Shown: piece by piece, positions 32,649 through 42,352 of the stretch
Layout: the number at the start of each line of letters is the position of its first letter
How positions within the stretch are numbered: the stretch's first letter is position 1
DNA from: an uncultured bacterium
GTDB taxonomy: Bacteria; Bacillota; Negativicutes; Veillonellales; Veillonellaceae
DNA: 64,000 nt
Direction: 5' to 3'
Assembly (NCBI GenBank): GCA_905214495.1
Contig: CAJMLW010000006.1
Location: 2,458 to 66,457 of the forward strand
Made by a program: the position numbers and the translations under genes
The notes under the pieces: generated by a model
What the model saw: only the letters and a program-made list of their open reading frames with translations
Database searches by the model: none
Told to the model about the DNA's origin: nothing

Positions 32649-32733
32649 TTATTTGAGTAAACTTAAGATGGAAATTACAATGAAGCGTCAGGTCTACCTG
32701 ACGCTTTTATTCTTTCATAAATAATTATTAGTT

Positions 32734-32814
32734 AAAGACCCTCTTCAGAATCCGACTTTGCCCCTGTTCCGAAGGAACAGATCTGGGCGGTGGAGGATTA
32801 TGGAGAGGGTCTTT
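32734..32814 (+). repeat. Hairpin-loop cassette, type A copy 2
   Basis: Core 32753-32795 CGACTTTGCCCCTGTTCCGAAGGAACAGATCTGGGCGGTGGAG. Confidence 0.85.
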
Positions 32815-32822
32815 TATTTATA

Positions 32823-34982
32823 TTATTTTACTTCTGCCCAGCCTAAAGCAGCACGTTTTTCATCGATATCTGCTAAGATTTTTTCAGCAACTTTAGCAGG
32901 GTCTGTATTTACATACATAACAGAACCTAGGATGTCTTTAGTGTCTTCTTTCAACCATTTTGTAACAGCATCAGAGCCTTGTGTAGGTGGTTCAACGCAG
33001 TGGTAGGAGTTGATACCCATGAGGCGGAAACCAAGGGATGCATCGATACCTTTTTCGTTGGACCATTCAGGGCTAGACATTGCGAATGGCAATTGTGGCA
33101 AGTTAAGGCCAAGTTCAGCCGCAATACCACCGAAGATACCGGAGGAACGTGCATTATCTACACATTCGCCAACATGCCATACTGGCGGTTGATCATCGCC
33201 CAAGAACTCTTGCAATGCGGGGCTACATTTCTTAATAGCATCTGTATTACAGTAACCAAGTTTCATCAATGGGAAAGACGCACAACCATTTGTTAAGATG
33301 ATACAGCCATTTTTGATAAGTGTATCAACGATATCTACAGTTGCTTTTTCATAGATAACACGAGGATTGGAACAACCTACTACGTTTACGATACCACGAA
33401 CTTTACCAGATTTTAAAGCCTCTGCCAATGGTTTGAAGGAACCATAATGTTTAACAGTGGATTCGGGAGAGAAACCAACTTCTGCAGTGATTTCGTATGG
33501 CGGAATGAATACAGGCATACCTTTGCGCAATTCATGAGCTTCCAGAGCACGATCCAAGATTTTGCGAGCCAATTCTTTTGTTTCAGCCAAGTTAGTGTGG
33601 TGATGATCGTAACCGATGTGTTCTGCACCTGGTAAACGAGCTGCATCAGATGTAGTAATAACTTTTGTGTTGAAGCAACGTGCTACGTCCATGATAGCAG
33701 GGTAAACGTCTTGAACGTCGGCAACCCAGCAATCAAGAGCGCCTGTACCAAGTACGAGTTCAGCACCGATGGCATTACACAATGGAATAACATTTTCATA
33801 ACGGTACATGCTGGACAAACCAGAGCAGCAAATACCGTAGAATTGGATACCTTTAGCACCGATAGCTTTTGCTTTTTCTAAATACTCTTCAGAAGCACCA
33901 ATTGTACAAATTTGGGATACTAATGTTGGCAAGTGACCATGAACAGCGATGTTAACATACCCTTTTTTCAAGGCACCGATGTTAACTTTGGATGTACGAC
34001 GACCACCTTGGCCGAACAATGCGTCTGTTGCGATATCCGCTGCTACTACGCCTGTAAATGTGAAAGCAAGACCACAACGTAAGAATTGTTTCATGTTGCT
34101 TTCCCAGTCGCCATCTGTACCCACGCATGTACGATGATATGCATCAAATGCTTCATTGTATGCGGAAATAGGCAAGATATCTAGGTTTTTCCAAACTTCG
34201 CGACGTTCAGCTGGAGCCAACGCTGTAATTGTTTTATATTCGCCAGGCAATGCACGGCTCAAATCTTCTAATAGAACATCTGCCAAGTCATTAGCCACTT
34301 CTTTTAAGGAACGACCTTCTTCAGGAATGTTGAAAGCTTTACATACAGTACGGATTTTTTCTTCCCCCAAAATTGGAATATCCAATTGGTCATTAGCAGC
34401 CGCTTTCAAAGAAATCAAGATTTCACGAGCATGCGCACCATGTTGAGTCAAACCACCAGCAGCAGCACGTGTCATATTACGAGCTACGATAAGATCAGCA
34501 TCGGCACCACAGACACCACGAGGGCTCTTAGGCGTAATTTTACATGGACCCATGAAACAAATACGACAGCATACGCCAGCAATACCGAACGCACATTGAG
34601 GTTGTTGTTTATCGAAACGGTCGAATACAGTGTCGCAACCGATTTGTTCCATACGAAGAATCATCTCACGCACGGCAGGGTCAGGAGTTTGCTCGATAAC
34701 ATCTTGCTTAGTAGGCCATGTTTTACGATACTCAGCAACAGCCTTAAGATAATCATTTACACCATGTTCATGAGGCACGCCTGGTTCATGAGTGTGTGGC
34801 ACCCATTTATCTGTAGGCAAAGCCTTTTCATAGCTATGATCGTGATGATGTTCATGATCATGAGTGTGGTCATGGTTGTGATGCTCATGGTCATGATGGT
34901 GATGATGACCGCCGCAATGGCAATGATGATGCTCACCATGGCTATGGCCATGGGTATTTTGGTTTTCCACATCTTTACTCAT
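32823..34982 (-). CDS. cooS: Anaerobic Ni,Fe carbon monoxide dehydrogenase catalytic subunit with His-rich N-terminus
   Basis: CAFGIAGVCCRICFMGPC...GVCGA (D/B clusters); HGHLP, GICC, GCSN, NGCA, GECVDN (C-cluster); SNEK. Confidence 0.92.
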   Translation of the reverse strand: MSKDVENQNTHGHSHGEHHHCHCGGHHHHHDHEHHNHDHTHDHEHHHDHSYEKALPTDKWVPHTHEPGVPHEHGVNDYLKAVAEYRKTWPTKQDVIEQTPDPAVREMILRMEQIGCDTVFDRFDKQQPQCAFGIAGVCCRICFMGPCKITPKSPRGVCGADADLIVARNMTRAAAGGLTQHGAHAREILISLKAAANDQLDIPILGEEKIRTVCKAFNIPEEGRSLKEVANDLADVLLEDLSRALPGEYKTITALAPAERREVWKNLDILPISAYNEAFDAYHRTCVGTDGDWESNMKQFLRCGLAFTFTGVVAADIATDALFGQGGRRTSKVNIGALKKGYVNIAVHGHLPTLVSQICTIGASEEYLEKAKAIGAKGIQFYGICCSGLSSMYRYENVIPLCNAIGAELVLGTGALDCWVADVQDVYPAIMDVARCFNTKVITTSDAARLPGAEHIGYDHHHTNLAETKELARKILDRALEAHELRKGMPVFIPPYEITAEVGFSPESTVKHYGSFKPLAEALKSGKVRGIVNVVGCSNPRVIYEKATVDIVDTLIKNGCIILTNGCASFPLMKLGYCNTDAIKKCSPALQEFLGDDQPPVWHVGECVDNARSSGIFGGIAAELGLNLPQLPFAMSSPEWSNEKGIDASLGFRLMGINSYHCVEPPTQGSDAVTKWLKEDTKDILGSVMYVNTDPAKVAEKILADIDEKRAALGWAEVK

Positions 34983-35386
34983 AATAAACCTCCTAAGGGC
35001 CTACGTAGGCCAACTGACAATAATAAGAAAACATATTCTACTTTTATTTCTAGTTAATTCCACCGCTATGACGGGCTTTAAATCCTATCTTTAAAATATG
35101 TTTTAAACTATCATAAGTATATTTGTTGAGAGGACAATTGTCAATCGAAATTTATACGTATTTAAAAAAATATCAGCTCCTATTCCCCATTATAACAGTG
35201 TTTTTCAATTATAAAGCTCATAATAATTTCATGAAACAAACTCATTTTTAATTCCCATTTACTACAGGAATTAGAAGCACTCATGAGAAGTAAACACCGC
35301 ACAACACTAACTCTATATACACCAACAATTCTCCTACATCATTTTCACAAAATCTTACTGCTCCATCTAAAATATTTAAAACATTA

Positions 35387-35411
35387 GCTCCGCGTAGCGC
35401 AGTAGCGTGTC
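35387..35411 (+). repeat. Partial type B cassette
   Basis: GCTCCGCGTAGCGCAGTAGCGTGTC, identical to part of the B core. Confidence 0.75.
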
Positions 35412-35462
35412 TTTTCTAACGCCGGTATGCTAAAAACTTTAATGTATTTACTAAGTGAGTAA

Positions 35463-35541
35463 GGATAAAAAAATCCTCCTCAAACGACTTCGGGCTCCGC
35501 GTAGCGCAGTAGCGTGTCGGCTTGAGGAGGATTTTTTATCC
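35463..35541 (+). repeat. Hairpin-loop cassette, type B copy 1, in the pckA terminator
   Basis: Core 35482-35523 AAACGACTTCGGGCTCCGCGTAGCGCAGTAGCGTGTCGGCTT. Confidence 0.85.
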
Positions 35542-35558
35542 GCCACCGTATTTAGGTG

Positions 35559-37187
35559 TTACATTAAAGTTTTTAGTACATCAAGTACTTCTTGTGGTAA
35601 TTCATTTTTATGGCCAATGAGTTTTTCAACATAATCATAGCGGAACTCAAAAGCTTTGTGTAATTGGTGATGGTACTCACGCACTTGGAATGGTGGTTCA
35701 AAACCAGGAACCTCTACATAGTCGAGGTTCTCGTATTTATAGAATGGTTTGAATTCCAAAGTGCCTTCTACCAAACGTTCTAACAAATCGAGAGTCACCT
35801 CTTTAGAAATTTTATTTTCCAAGAAGAATCCTGTATTCATGATGTAGCATTCTACGCCACATTCAGAGAACAATTTTTTGTAGCTTTCATAATCACGAAC
35901 CAATGGATATGTACGGAACGGATTTGCATAAGGCTCAATAACAAGTGCATTCGGATCCACATGAGCATCAAGCTTTTCCGCAGTAGAACGACGTGTAGCA
36001 AGAGTGGCGCCCATGGTAGAAGCCAATACAGGATCATTAATTTTGAGGATTGGTGGCAATGTTTTATCTTTCATTAACCATACAATAGCATTTACAGGCT
36101 CACCAACGTAGTTCACGCGATTATCTGTCCAAAATTGAGATTTGATAGCACGACCATTGTTATTACGAACGTCCTCTGCTAATACAACCTTACGGCCATC
36201 TTCATCCATCGTTACGCCTACATTTTGTAGCGTTAACAAGAATTCATTAGCAGGATGTTCCACAGGATAATCTTGCATTTTATCAAAGTACGTAGGTTCA
36301 AGGGCAATAGAACTCAAATCTTCAGTATTGATGATATACGCATCGTCATGCAAGATAGAAATATCATAGCGACCATCGTGTTTTTCATGAGTCAATGTAG
36401 ATTTACCGGAACCGGACAAGCCGAATACACCGATAGTATAGGATTTGCCATTATCAAGGTTGTAACGTTTCATACCGCCATGGCAAGCAACATAGCCGAG
36501 GCGATTTGCCAAGGACCATGCCAATGTAAGAGTACCTTTTTTGTGCTCGCCAAAGTAGCGCATGCCAAGAATCATGGCACAGTTATGAGCAGGGTCAAAG
36601 ATAGCAAGACCGCCTGGATGACCAGGTACAACATAATCTGGATCAGAATAGATGTAGATATCACCTTCTGGAATTTCTAAACTATCATTGTAGAATTCTT
36701 TTACCGCTGCATCAAAGAACTTAAAGTTCATAACCCAGGAGTACAAAATAGATGCGTGATCTTTTGGAATCATCAAATGAGCACGAGCTGTGAATTTTTT
36801 ATCGAGACCAACGATAGTCTGTGCAGCAATCCATTCTTTATTGCGACTATCGTATACAGCGTCGCGTGCAATATTAGCAAGTTCAACTTCGTCGATACCT
36901 TCATCGCCAATAATGCGACGAGCTTTTGCATAACGACCTGTAGTCTTACCATCATTAGTAACAAGCACTTTTGCATCTGCAGGTAAGCCTTGTTCTAATG
37001 GTTTATATACAGGCATATCGAGGACGATAACACCAGGTTCTTCAGTGGCAAATTGATACGCTTGTGCTACAGATGTAATAGGAGTTACATTGTTTCCATA
37101 GAATGCAGTTTCAATAGTACTGCGCAGCTTAGAAAATAATGGGTTTGTTTTAATTTCACTTTGCTTCCAAACGCGTCTTGTCGACAT
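35559..37187 (-). CDS. pckA: Phosphoenolpyruvate carboxykinase (ATP), clostridial type
   Basis: YFGEHKKG, CHGG, FGLSGSGKSTL, LHDD, NGRA. Confidence 0.85.
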   Translation of the reverse strand: MSTRRVWKQSEIKTNPLFSKLRSTIETAFYGNNVTPITSVAQAYQFATEEPGVIVLDMPVYKPLEQGLPADAKVLVTNDGKTTGRYAKARRIIGDEGIDEVELANIARDAVYDSRNKEWIAAQTIVGLDKKFTARAHLMIPKDHASILYSWVMNFKFFDAAVKEFYNDSLEIPEGDIYIYSDPDYVVPGHPGGLAIFDPAHNCAMILGMRYFGEHKKGTLTLAWSLANRLGYVACHGGMKRYNLDNGKSYTIGVFGLSGSGKSTLTHEKHDGRYDISILHDDAYIINTEDLSSIALEPTYFDKMQDYPVEHPANEFLLTLQNVGVTMDEDGRKVVLAEDVRNNNGRAIKSQFWTDNRVNYVGEPVNAIVWLMKDKTLPPILKINDPVLASTMGATLATRRSTAEKLDAHVDPNALVIEPYANPFRTYPLVRDYESYKKLFSECGVECYIMNTGFFLENKISKEVTLDLLERLVEGTLEFKPFYKYENLDYVEVPGFEPPFQVREYHHQLHKAFEFRYDYVEKLIGHKNELPQEVLDVLKTLM

Positions 37188-37533
37188 AGTATCTAGATCC
37201 TCACCTTTAAATATATTAGTAATTTCTCTTGTAAAAGTATATTAATATATGAAAATACAGTTTTTTTCAAATATTTTCATTATTTTCTATTTTACCCTTT
37301 TCAATCAAATTTGTATACACAAAACAGATGAATTATAGGAAATTAATATATGTTTATTTTGAATTAGTGCAGCACACCTCTGATAATAAAAATTGATAAC
37401 TAATCATTCCTTAACGCTCCAACCAAGGTAAACAACATATGATTCAATGTTCATAGTCACTGCACAATACTAATAACAAAATAAAATGAGGCAAGATCCT
37501 GAGACCTCGCCTCTTTCATATTTAAAAGTTCAA

Positions 37534-39162
37534 TTATTTCTTATTTTTATTAATAAATGCATCGATTTTACCAATCAAATCATTAACATCAAAATCACCG
37601 CGTTCCGCAATCATCTTAATGGTTGCTACCTTAGCCATTACTTTCACCATCGGAGTTTTCAATTTCTCAAATTTAGGATTTAAAGAAATCAAATACTCTA
37701 CGATATCCGGACTTTGTTTAATCAAATTAGACAACGTAGTTTTTGCATCGATATGGAAACGACCATCTGCATCAGCTGTTAATGGTTCCTCCTCTACCTT
37801 TTCGGCCGCTTCTTGAGCTAGAGACTTATCCTCACCATTGCTACTTCCTGTATTCCCCACGAAATCGGTTTTATCCCAAGTCAACAATGTACGGGAACCT
37901 TCTAATTCACGAATATGCGTGCAATCTTGCATCATTTCTAGTACACCACGGAATTTACCATTTTCATCGCGCACTGCCGTGTAGATAACATAGATGAATA
38001 AGCCTGGTTTGTTAATCCAAAATTCTGCTTGGCTTTGTTCACCAGAACGGAATTTCTCTACGATTTCTTCTACTACATGAACAGACTTCGCAGGATGGCA
38101 ATTTTTCACCTCACGGCCAATAACGTTGGCGCTGCGCGGGAAAATGCGATGTGGTGTATCACTGTAGAATTTTACGAGTTCATTTTCATCTACATAGGAT
38201 AAGTCCACAGGCAGATGACGGAATAACAAATTGATTTGCTCCAATGTCAATTTGCCAGTGGCTACATCTAGAACAGCATCCTTATTTACAGCTGCACCGC
38301 CTACAGGACCAACATATTTGGATAATAGACCTGACAAATCGTTTAGGAACTCATTAGATACGGCACCGTTTTGACTGGAGTTATTTCTATTTAAATGCGC
38401 CGCAGAATCGTTGATGCCCGGCACTACATATAAACCTGGCGGATCAATGATAGCATAACCAATTTCATGATCATTTTTGCTCATGCGCACAAACTCTTCA
38501 TCGCTTAACAGTTTATACGATGTTGGCAATAGTACTTCTAACTCTTTAGAGTTCAAATCGCGTAACTTCTCTAACGTTTCTGGTACAGATGCTAAGAATT
38601 CTTCGTATTTATCCTCCCGAAGCAATGCATAAGATGCAGAGATAGCATCCCGTACGCCATCATCAAAGGTCCACATAATACGCGTTGGACGATCAAAACC
38701 ATGCTCTTCAAGCATTGGATACAGTTGATTTTGCTTACGAGATAGATGCGTTCTCCATTGCGCTAAAGAATCAAAAACACCAAGCCACGGGTTCTTAATA
38801 AACTTCTCTTGCTTGAATAGTTCATCAGCCTCAAGAGCAACCTTTTCAACAGCATTGATTTCTTCTAGGTACACCCACAACGGATGATTTTCAGGATACT
38901 CATTTTCTGCGCGAACTAATACGCCATCAAACAAGTTCAATAAATCATCCATCTTATCTAAGATTTCTTCATCCTTGTAAACACCTTTTAAACTTTGCTC
39001 TGCATAAGCAAACTCATCAGGCGTACAAGTACCTAGTTTTTCTTTCAAAATGCGATTGCCCTCTTCTAAGGACAATTTACCGTCTAAATAATCTTCTTTA
39101 ATGGACACAATAATTCTGTAACGTTCATTGTTAATATCTAGCTTTTGTTTTAATGGATTCAT
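37534..39162 (-). CDS. DUF438 / hemerythrin-like / PAS / DUF1858 multidomain protein
   Basis: HLSRKQNQLYPMLE...MWTFDD, LPVDLSYVDENE...NCHP (PAS_10), C-terminal LISLNPKFEKL. Confidence 0.8.
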   Translation of the reverse strand: MNPLKQKLDINNERYRIIVSIKEDYLDGKLSLEEGNRILKEKLGTCTPDEFAYAEQSLKGVYKDEEILDKMDDLLNLFDGVLVRAENEYPENHPLWVYLEEINAVEKVALEADELFKQEKFIKNPWLGVFDSLAQWRTHLSRKQNQLYPMLEEHGFDRPTRIMWTFDDGVRDAISASYALLREDKYEEFLASVPETLEKLRDLNSKELEVLLPTSYKLLSDEEFVRMSKNDHEIGYAIIDPPGLYVVPGINDSAAHLNRNNSSQNGAVSNEFLNDLSGLLSKYVGPVGGAAVNKDAVLDVATGKLTLEQINLLFRHLPVDLSYVDENELVKFYSDTPHRIFPRSANVIGREVKNCHPAKSVHVVEEIVEKFRSGEQSQAEFWINKPGLFIYVIYTAVRDENGKFRGVLEMMQDCTHIRELEGSRTLLTWDKTDFVGNTGSSNGEDKSLAQEAAEKVEEEPLTADADGRFHIDAKTTLSNLIKQSPDIVEYLISLNPKFEKLKTPMVKVMAKVATIKMIAERGDFDVNDLIGKIDAFINKNKK

Positions 39163-39366
39163 ATGCGTATACCTCCAAGAGACACAGACTATGACTATGT
39201 ACAAAATATTATTAATATAATATGTATATTTTCATTATATTTATTTTGAAAGTAATTTTCAGTTGCTATAGTCACAACTCTATAATTTAATATCAAATTA
39301 TTAGTCCATCCACTACACAGCTTTCATAAAGAAAAAAGCACCCATACAATGTATGAGTGCATTCTG

Positions 39367-39717
39367 TTATTTCCTTAAATCAATATATTCAGTTTTAGAT
39401 GCCTCTACAGGATTGCCATTACTATCCGTAGCCGGTGTAAATTTCCATGTAGAAATCGTGTTCACAATGGATGCATCCGCATCACTACTGCCAGTAGTTC
39501 CTTGTAATTCTACATGAGAAACGGATCCATCGGTATTAATAGTAAAGTTTACATTAACAACAGTTGCATCACCAGCATAACCATGTAGCACACCAGAATC
39601 AAAACCCGGTGTAGATACTGCTTTTGGTGCTTCATAAGGTGTGGCCGCCATAGAAACAACGGCAGACATGGACATAATTAAGGCCGTTAAGGCAACACAA
39701 CGCAATACATTACTCAT
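39367..39717 (-). CDS. Short TonB C-terminal-domain protein
   Basis: Signal peptide plus VNFTINTDGSV...TGSSDAD...WKFTPA. Confidence 0.8.
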   Translation of the reverse strand: MSNVLRCVALTALIMSMSAVVSMAATPYEAPKAVSTPGFDSGVLHGYAGDATVVNVNFTINTDGSVSHVELQGTTGSSDADASIVNTISTWKFTPATDSNGNPVEASKTEYIDLRK

Positions 39718-39728
39718 CAGCTTTCTCC

Positions 39729-40205
39729 TTATTTTGCCTTAGGACCATTCGCTTTCGCATTTACATCAGATGCATGATTATCGTTAGACTGTGATTTGTC
39801 TACCGTCAATTTACCATTACCAGACTTAGCAGGAGCATCAACCTTTGGTAATGTGATTGTCATACCGATGATGGATGCATGGGCTTTTTGATCTGTGCCA
39901 ATAGCCGGCGTAAATTCCCATTGTCTAATGGCAGCTTTCACAGCCTCATCAACAGGGCCATAACCAGAGGATTGTTCTACAAATACGTTTTCAACCTTAC
40001 CTTGTTTGTTAATCAAGAAACGGACACGCATATGATCTGCAATGGTAATTCCATTTGGAATAGCTGGCATTGTAGGTTTAACGATGGATACCTCCCGAGG
40101 CGCTTTTGTAAATCTGCCCGCAGTCGCATCAGCGTGAGCAGGCATCATAGCACCTACAGCAAATGTAAGAATAGCAGCACAAGCGAATCGAGTTAATATA
40201 TTCAT
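39729..40205 (-). CDS. Short TonB C-terminal-domain protein
   Basis: Signal peptide plus VRFLINKQGKV...SSGYGPVDEA...WEFTPA; RBS GAGGGGG. Confidence 0.8.
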   Translation of the reverse strand: MNILTRFACAAILTFAVGAMMPAHADATAGRFTKAPREVSIVKPTMPAIPNGITIADHMRVRFLINKQGKVENVFVEQSSGYGPVDEAVKAAIRQWEFTPAIGTDQKAHASIIGMTITLPKVDAPAKSGNGKLTVDKSQSNDNHASDVNAKANGPKAK

Positions 40206-40333
40206 GGTTTGTTCCCCCTCATAATTAATATAATAAATATACATATATAATACTCGATAAAGATGAAGAAAAAAATACCCAACTGCAAAATGTAGTCTAT
40301 TAGTAAAAAATATATTTATAGAATAATTTTTAT

Positions 40334-40348
40334 TGATAATTTTTCTCA
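40334..40348. promoter_or_regulatory. Candidate Fur box
   Basis: TGATAAT-T-TTTCTCA matches the 7-1-7 TGATAATnATTATCA motif; lies between the tonB-like genes and the small ORF / metal ABC operon. Confidence 0.6.
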
Positions 40349-40433
40349 TTTATGATATATTGATTTCAAGATAACTGTTCGGACTTACATATCAAGTTGA
40401 TATGACAAAAAAATTACACAAAGGAGGTTCATC

Positions 40434-40529
40434 ATGAGACGTAGAAAGCGTATTCAAATGAAGGTCATGATGGTACTTGGTATCGTTGCCCTCGTTGGGC
40501 CAAACCATCTACAATCTCTCATCCACTAA
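40434..40529 (+). CDS. 31-aa small basic/hydrophobic peptide
   Basis: AAAGGAGG RBS; MRRRKRIQMKVMMVLGIVALVGPNHLQSLIH*. Confidence 0.55.
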   Translation: MRRRKRIQMKVMMVLGIVALVGPNHLQSLIH

Positions 40530-40567
40530 ACGATCGTGACCTTAGCAGAAAACCGTATAACTGCCAC

Positions 40568-40597
40568 TAGCCGCTACGTTAGTAGCGGCTATTTTTC
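40568..40597 (+). terminator. Terminator between the small ORF and the metal ABC operon
   Basis: TAGCCGCTAC/GTAGCGGCTA followed by TTTTT. Confidence 0.7.
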
Positions 40598-40667
40598 CGC
40601 TTAAATAAGGGTAGTTAACAAGATAACTAAAAATTTTAAACTTAGTACCTACAAAAGGAGGTTTATT

Positions 40668-41609
40668 ATGAAATTTAATCGAATCTTATTAGTCGTCGTA
40701 TCATTAGCACTTATGTTGTTCGCATTAGCAGGCTGTGGAAAAGATGCAGCGCAAGACAGTCAGAAAAAATTAAATGTTGTAGCTACTACTACAATGTTAA
40801 CGGATTTAGTAAAAGAAATCGGCGGTGATCATGTATCTGTACAAGGACTCATGGGCCCTGGCGTAGATCCTCACCTCTATCAAGCGAGCGCCGGCGATGT
40901 AACAACTATGTCCAAGGCAGATGTTGTAGTGTACAACGGCATTCACTTAGAAGGTAAAATGGGTTCTATTTTCGACAATTTAACAAAACAAAATAAAGCT
41001 ACCATCCGCGTATCTGACGCTATTGATCCAGCCACTCTACTCGACTTTGACGAAGAAGATGGCGTGAAAACTAAAGATCCTCATATTTGGTTCGATGTAG
41101 CGAATTGGAAACTTGCAGCCAAGGCTGTATACGAAGGACTTTCAAAAGCAGATCCAGCTCACAAAGAGGATTTCAAAAAACGGTATGATGCATACCTCAC
41201 TAAATTAGATGAAACAGATGCATACATCAAAGTTCAAGCAGAATCAATTCCTAAAGAATCTCGCGTTCTAGTAACAGCACACGATGCCTTCCAATACTTT
41301 GCTCGCGCGTACGGCTTTGAAGTAAAAGGTTTGCAAGGTGTTAGTACCGCTACAGAAGCAGGCACACAAGATGTGAATGAACTTGTGCAATTCATCGTAG
41401 ATCACAAAATTAAAGCGATCTTCGTAGAATCTTCTGTACCGCACAAAACAATTGAAGCCGTTCAAGAAGCGGCTAAGGCTAAAGGCTGGAATGTTGCTAT
41501 CGGTGGCGAATTATACTCCGACTCCCTCGGTTCTGAAGGCACTGAAGGTGGCACATATATCGGCATGGTAAAAGCCAATATCGATACCATCGCTAAAGCA
41601 CTTAAATAA
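40668..41609 (+). CDS. Mn/Fe/Zn ABC substrate-binding lipoprotein (TroA/MntA-like)
   Basis: LAGC lipobox, GPGVDPHLY, DPHIWFD, AHDAFQYF, LYSDSLG. Confidence 0.9.
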   Translation: MKFNRILLVVVSLALMLFALAGCGKDAAQDSQKKLNVVATTTMLTDLVKEIGGDHVSVQGLMGPGVDPHLYQASAGDVTTMSKADVVVYNGIHLEGKMGSIFDNLTKQNKATIRVSDAIDPATLLDFDEEDGVKTKDPHIWFDVANWKLAAKAVYEGLSKADPAHKEDFKKRYDAYLTKLDETDAYIKVQAESIPKESRVLVTAHDAFQYFARAYGFEVKGLQGVSTATEAGTQDVNELVQFIVDHKIKAIFVESSVPHKTIEAVQEAAKAKGWNVAIGGELYSDSLGSEGTEGGTYIGMVKANIDTIAKALK

Positions 41610-41620
41610 AGGAGGTCTCT

Positions 41621-42352
41621 ATGGAATGGGCCGTTGAAGTTGAAGATATGACCGTAGCCTATACGACAAAACCCGTATTATGGGACGTAGATATGAAGGT
41701 CCCCATCGGTTCCTTAGCGGCCATCGTCGGCCCTAATGGAGCTGGTAAATCTACATTATTAAAGGCCATGTTAGGCCTATTAACAGTTATCTCAGGTAGT
41801 GTTAAGTTTTATATCGACCACCACCTTGCAATGGACAAAAAGGATTACAAGAAAATCGCCTATGTACCTCAAAGCGGTAGCGTAGACTGGGATTTTCCTA
41901 CTACCGTATTAGACGTTGTACTTATGGGCCGCTATGGTCATCTAGGTTGGTTCAAACGACCAAGTAAAAAGGATAAGGAGCTCGCCCTCTCCATGATTGA
42001 AAAAATGGGCATGAGCGACTATGTAAACAGGCAAATTCGTCAGCTTTCAGGGGGCCAACAACAGCGTGTATTCCTCGCAAGAGCCCTCGTACAAGAGGCA
42101 GATATTTATCTCATGGACGAGCCCTTCAAGGGCGTCGATAAAACGACGGAACACGCCATTATCTCCCTATTACAAGAAATGAAAGCACGTGGCAAAACGG
42201 TCATCGTCGTACACCACGATTTAAATACGGTACCTCAATATTTCGACTGGGTAACGATGGTCAATAAGCAAACTATTGCCTATGGTCCCGTAGTAGATAC
42301 CTTTACTGACGAAGCCATCGAGCGCACCTACGGCAAGGGGAGGATTCTATGA
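41621..42352 (+). CDS. Metal ABC ATPase (TroB/MntB-like)
   Basis: GPNGAGKST, LSGGQQQR, MDEP. Confidence 0.9.
   Translation: MEWAVEVEDMTVAYTTKPVLWDVDMKVPIGSLAAIVGPNGAGKSTLLKAMLGLLTVISGSVKFYIDHHLAMDKKDYKKIAYVPQSGSVDWDFPTTVLDVVLMGRYGHLGWFKRPSKKDKELALSMIEKMGMSDYVNRQIRQLSGGQQQRVFLARALVQEADIYLMDEPFKGVDKTTEHAIISLLQEMKARGKTVIVVHHDLNTVPQYFDWVTMVNKQTIAYGPVVDTFTDEAIERTYGKGRIL

Noticed and set aside
34836..34952. CAT/GAT-rich low-complexity DNA as a tandem repeat
   Set aside because: Explained by the His-rich coding tract of cooS
40530..40667. yybP-ykoY Mn riboswitch before the metal ABC operon
   Set aside because: Could not find the conserved motif by eye; only a terminator is evident
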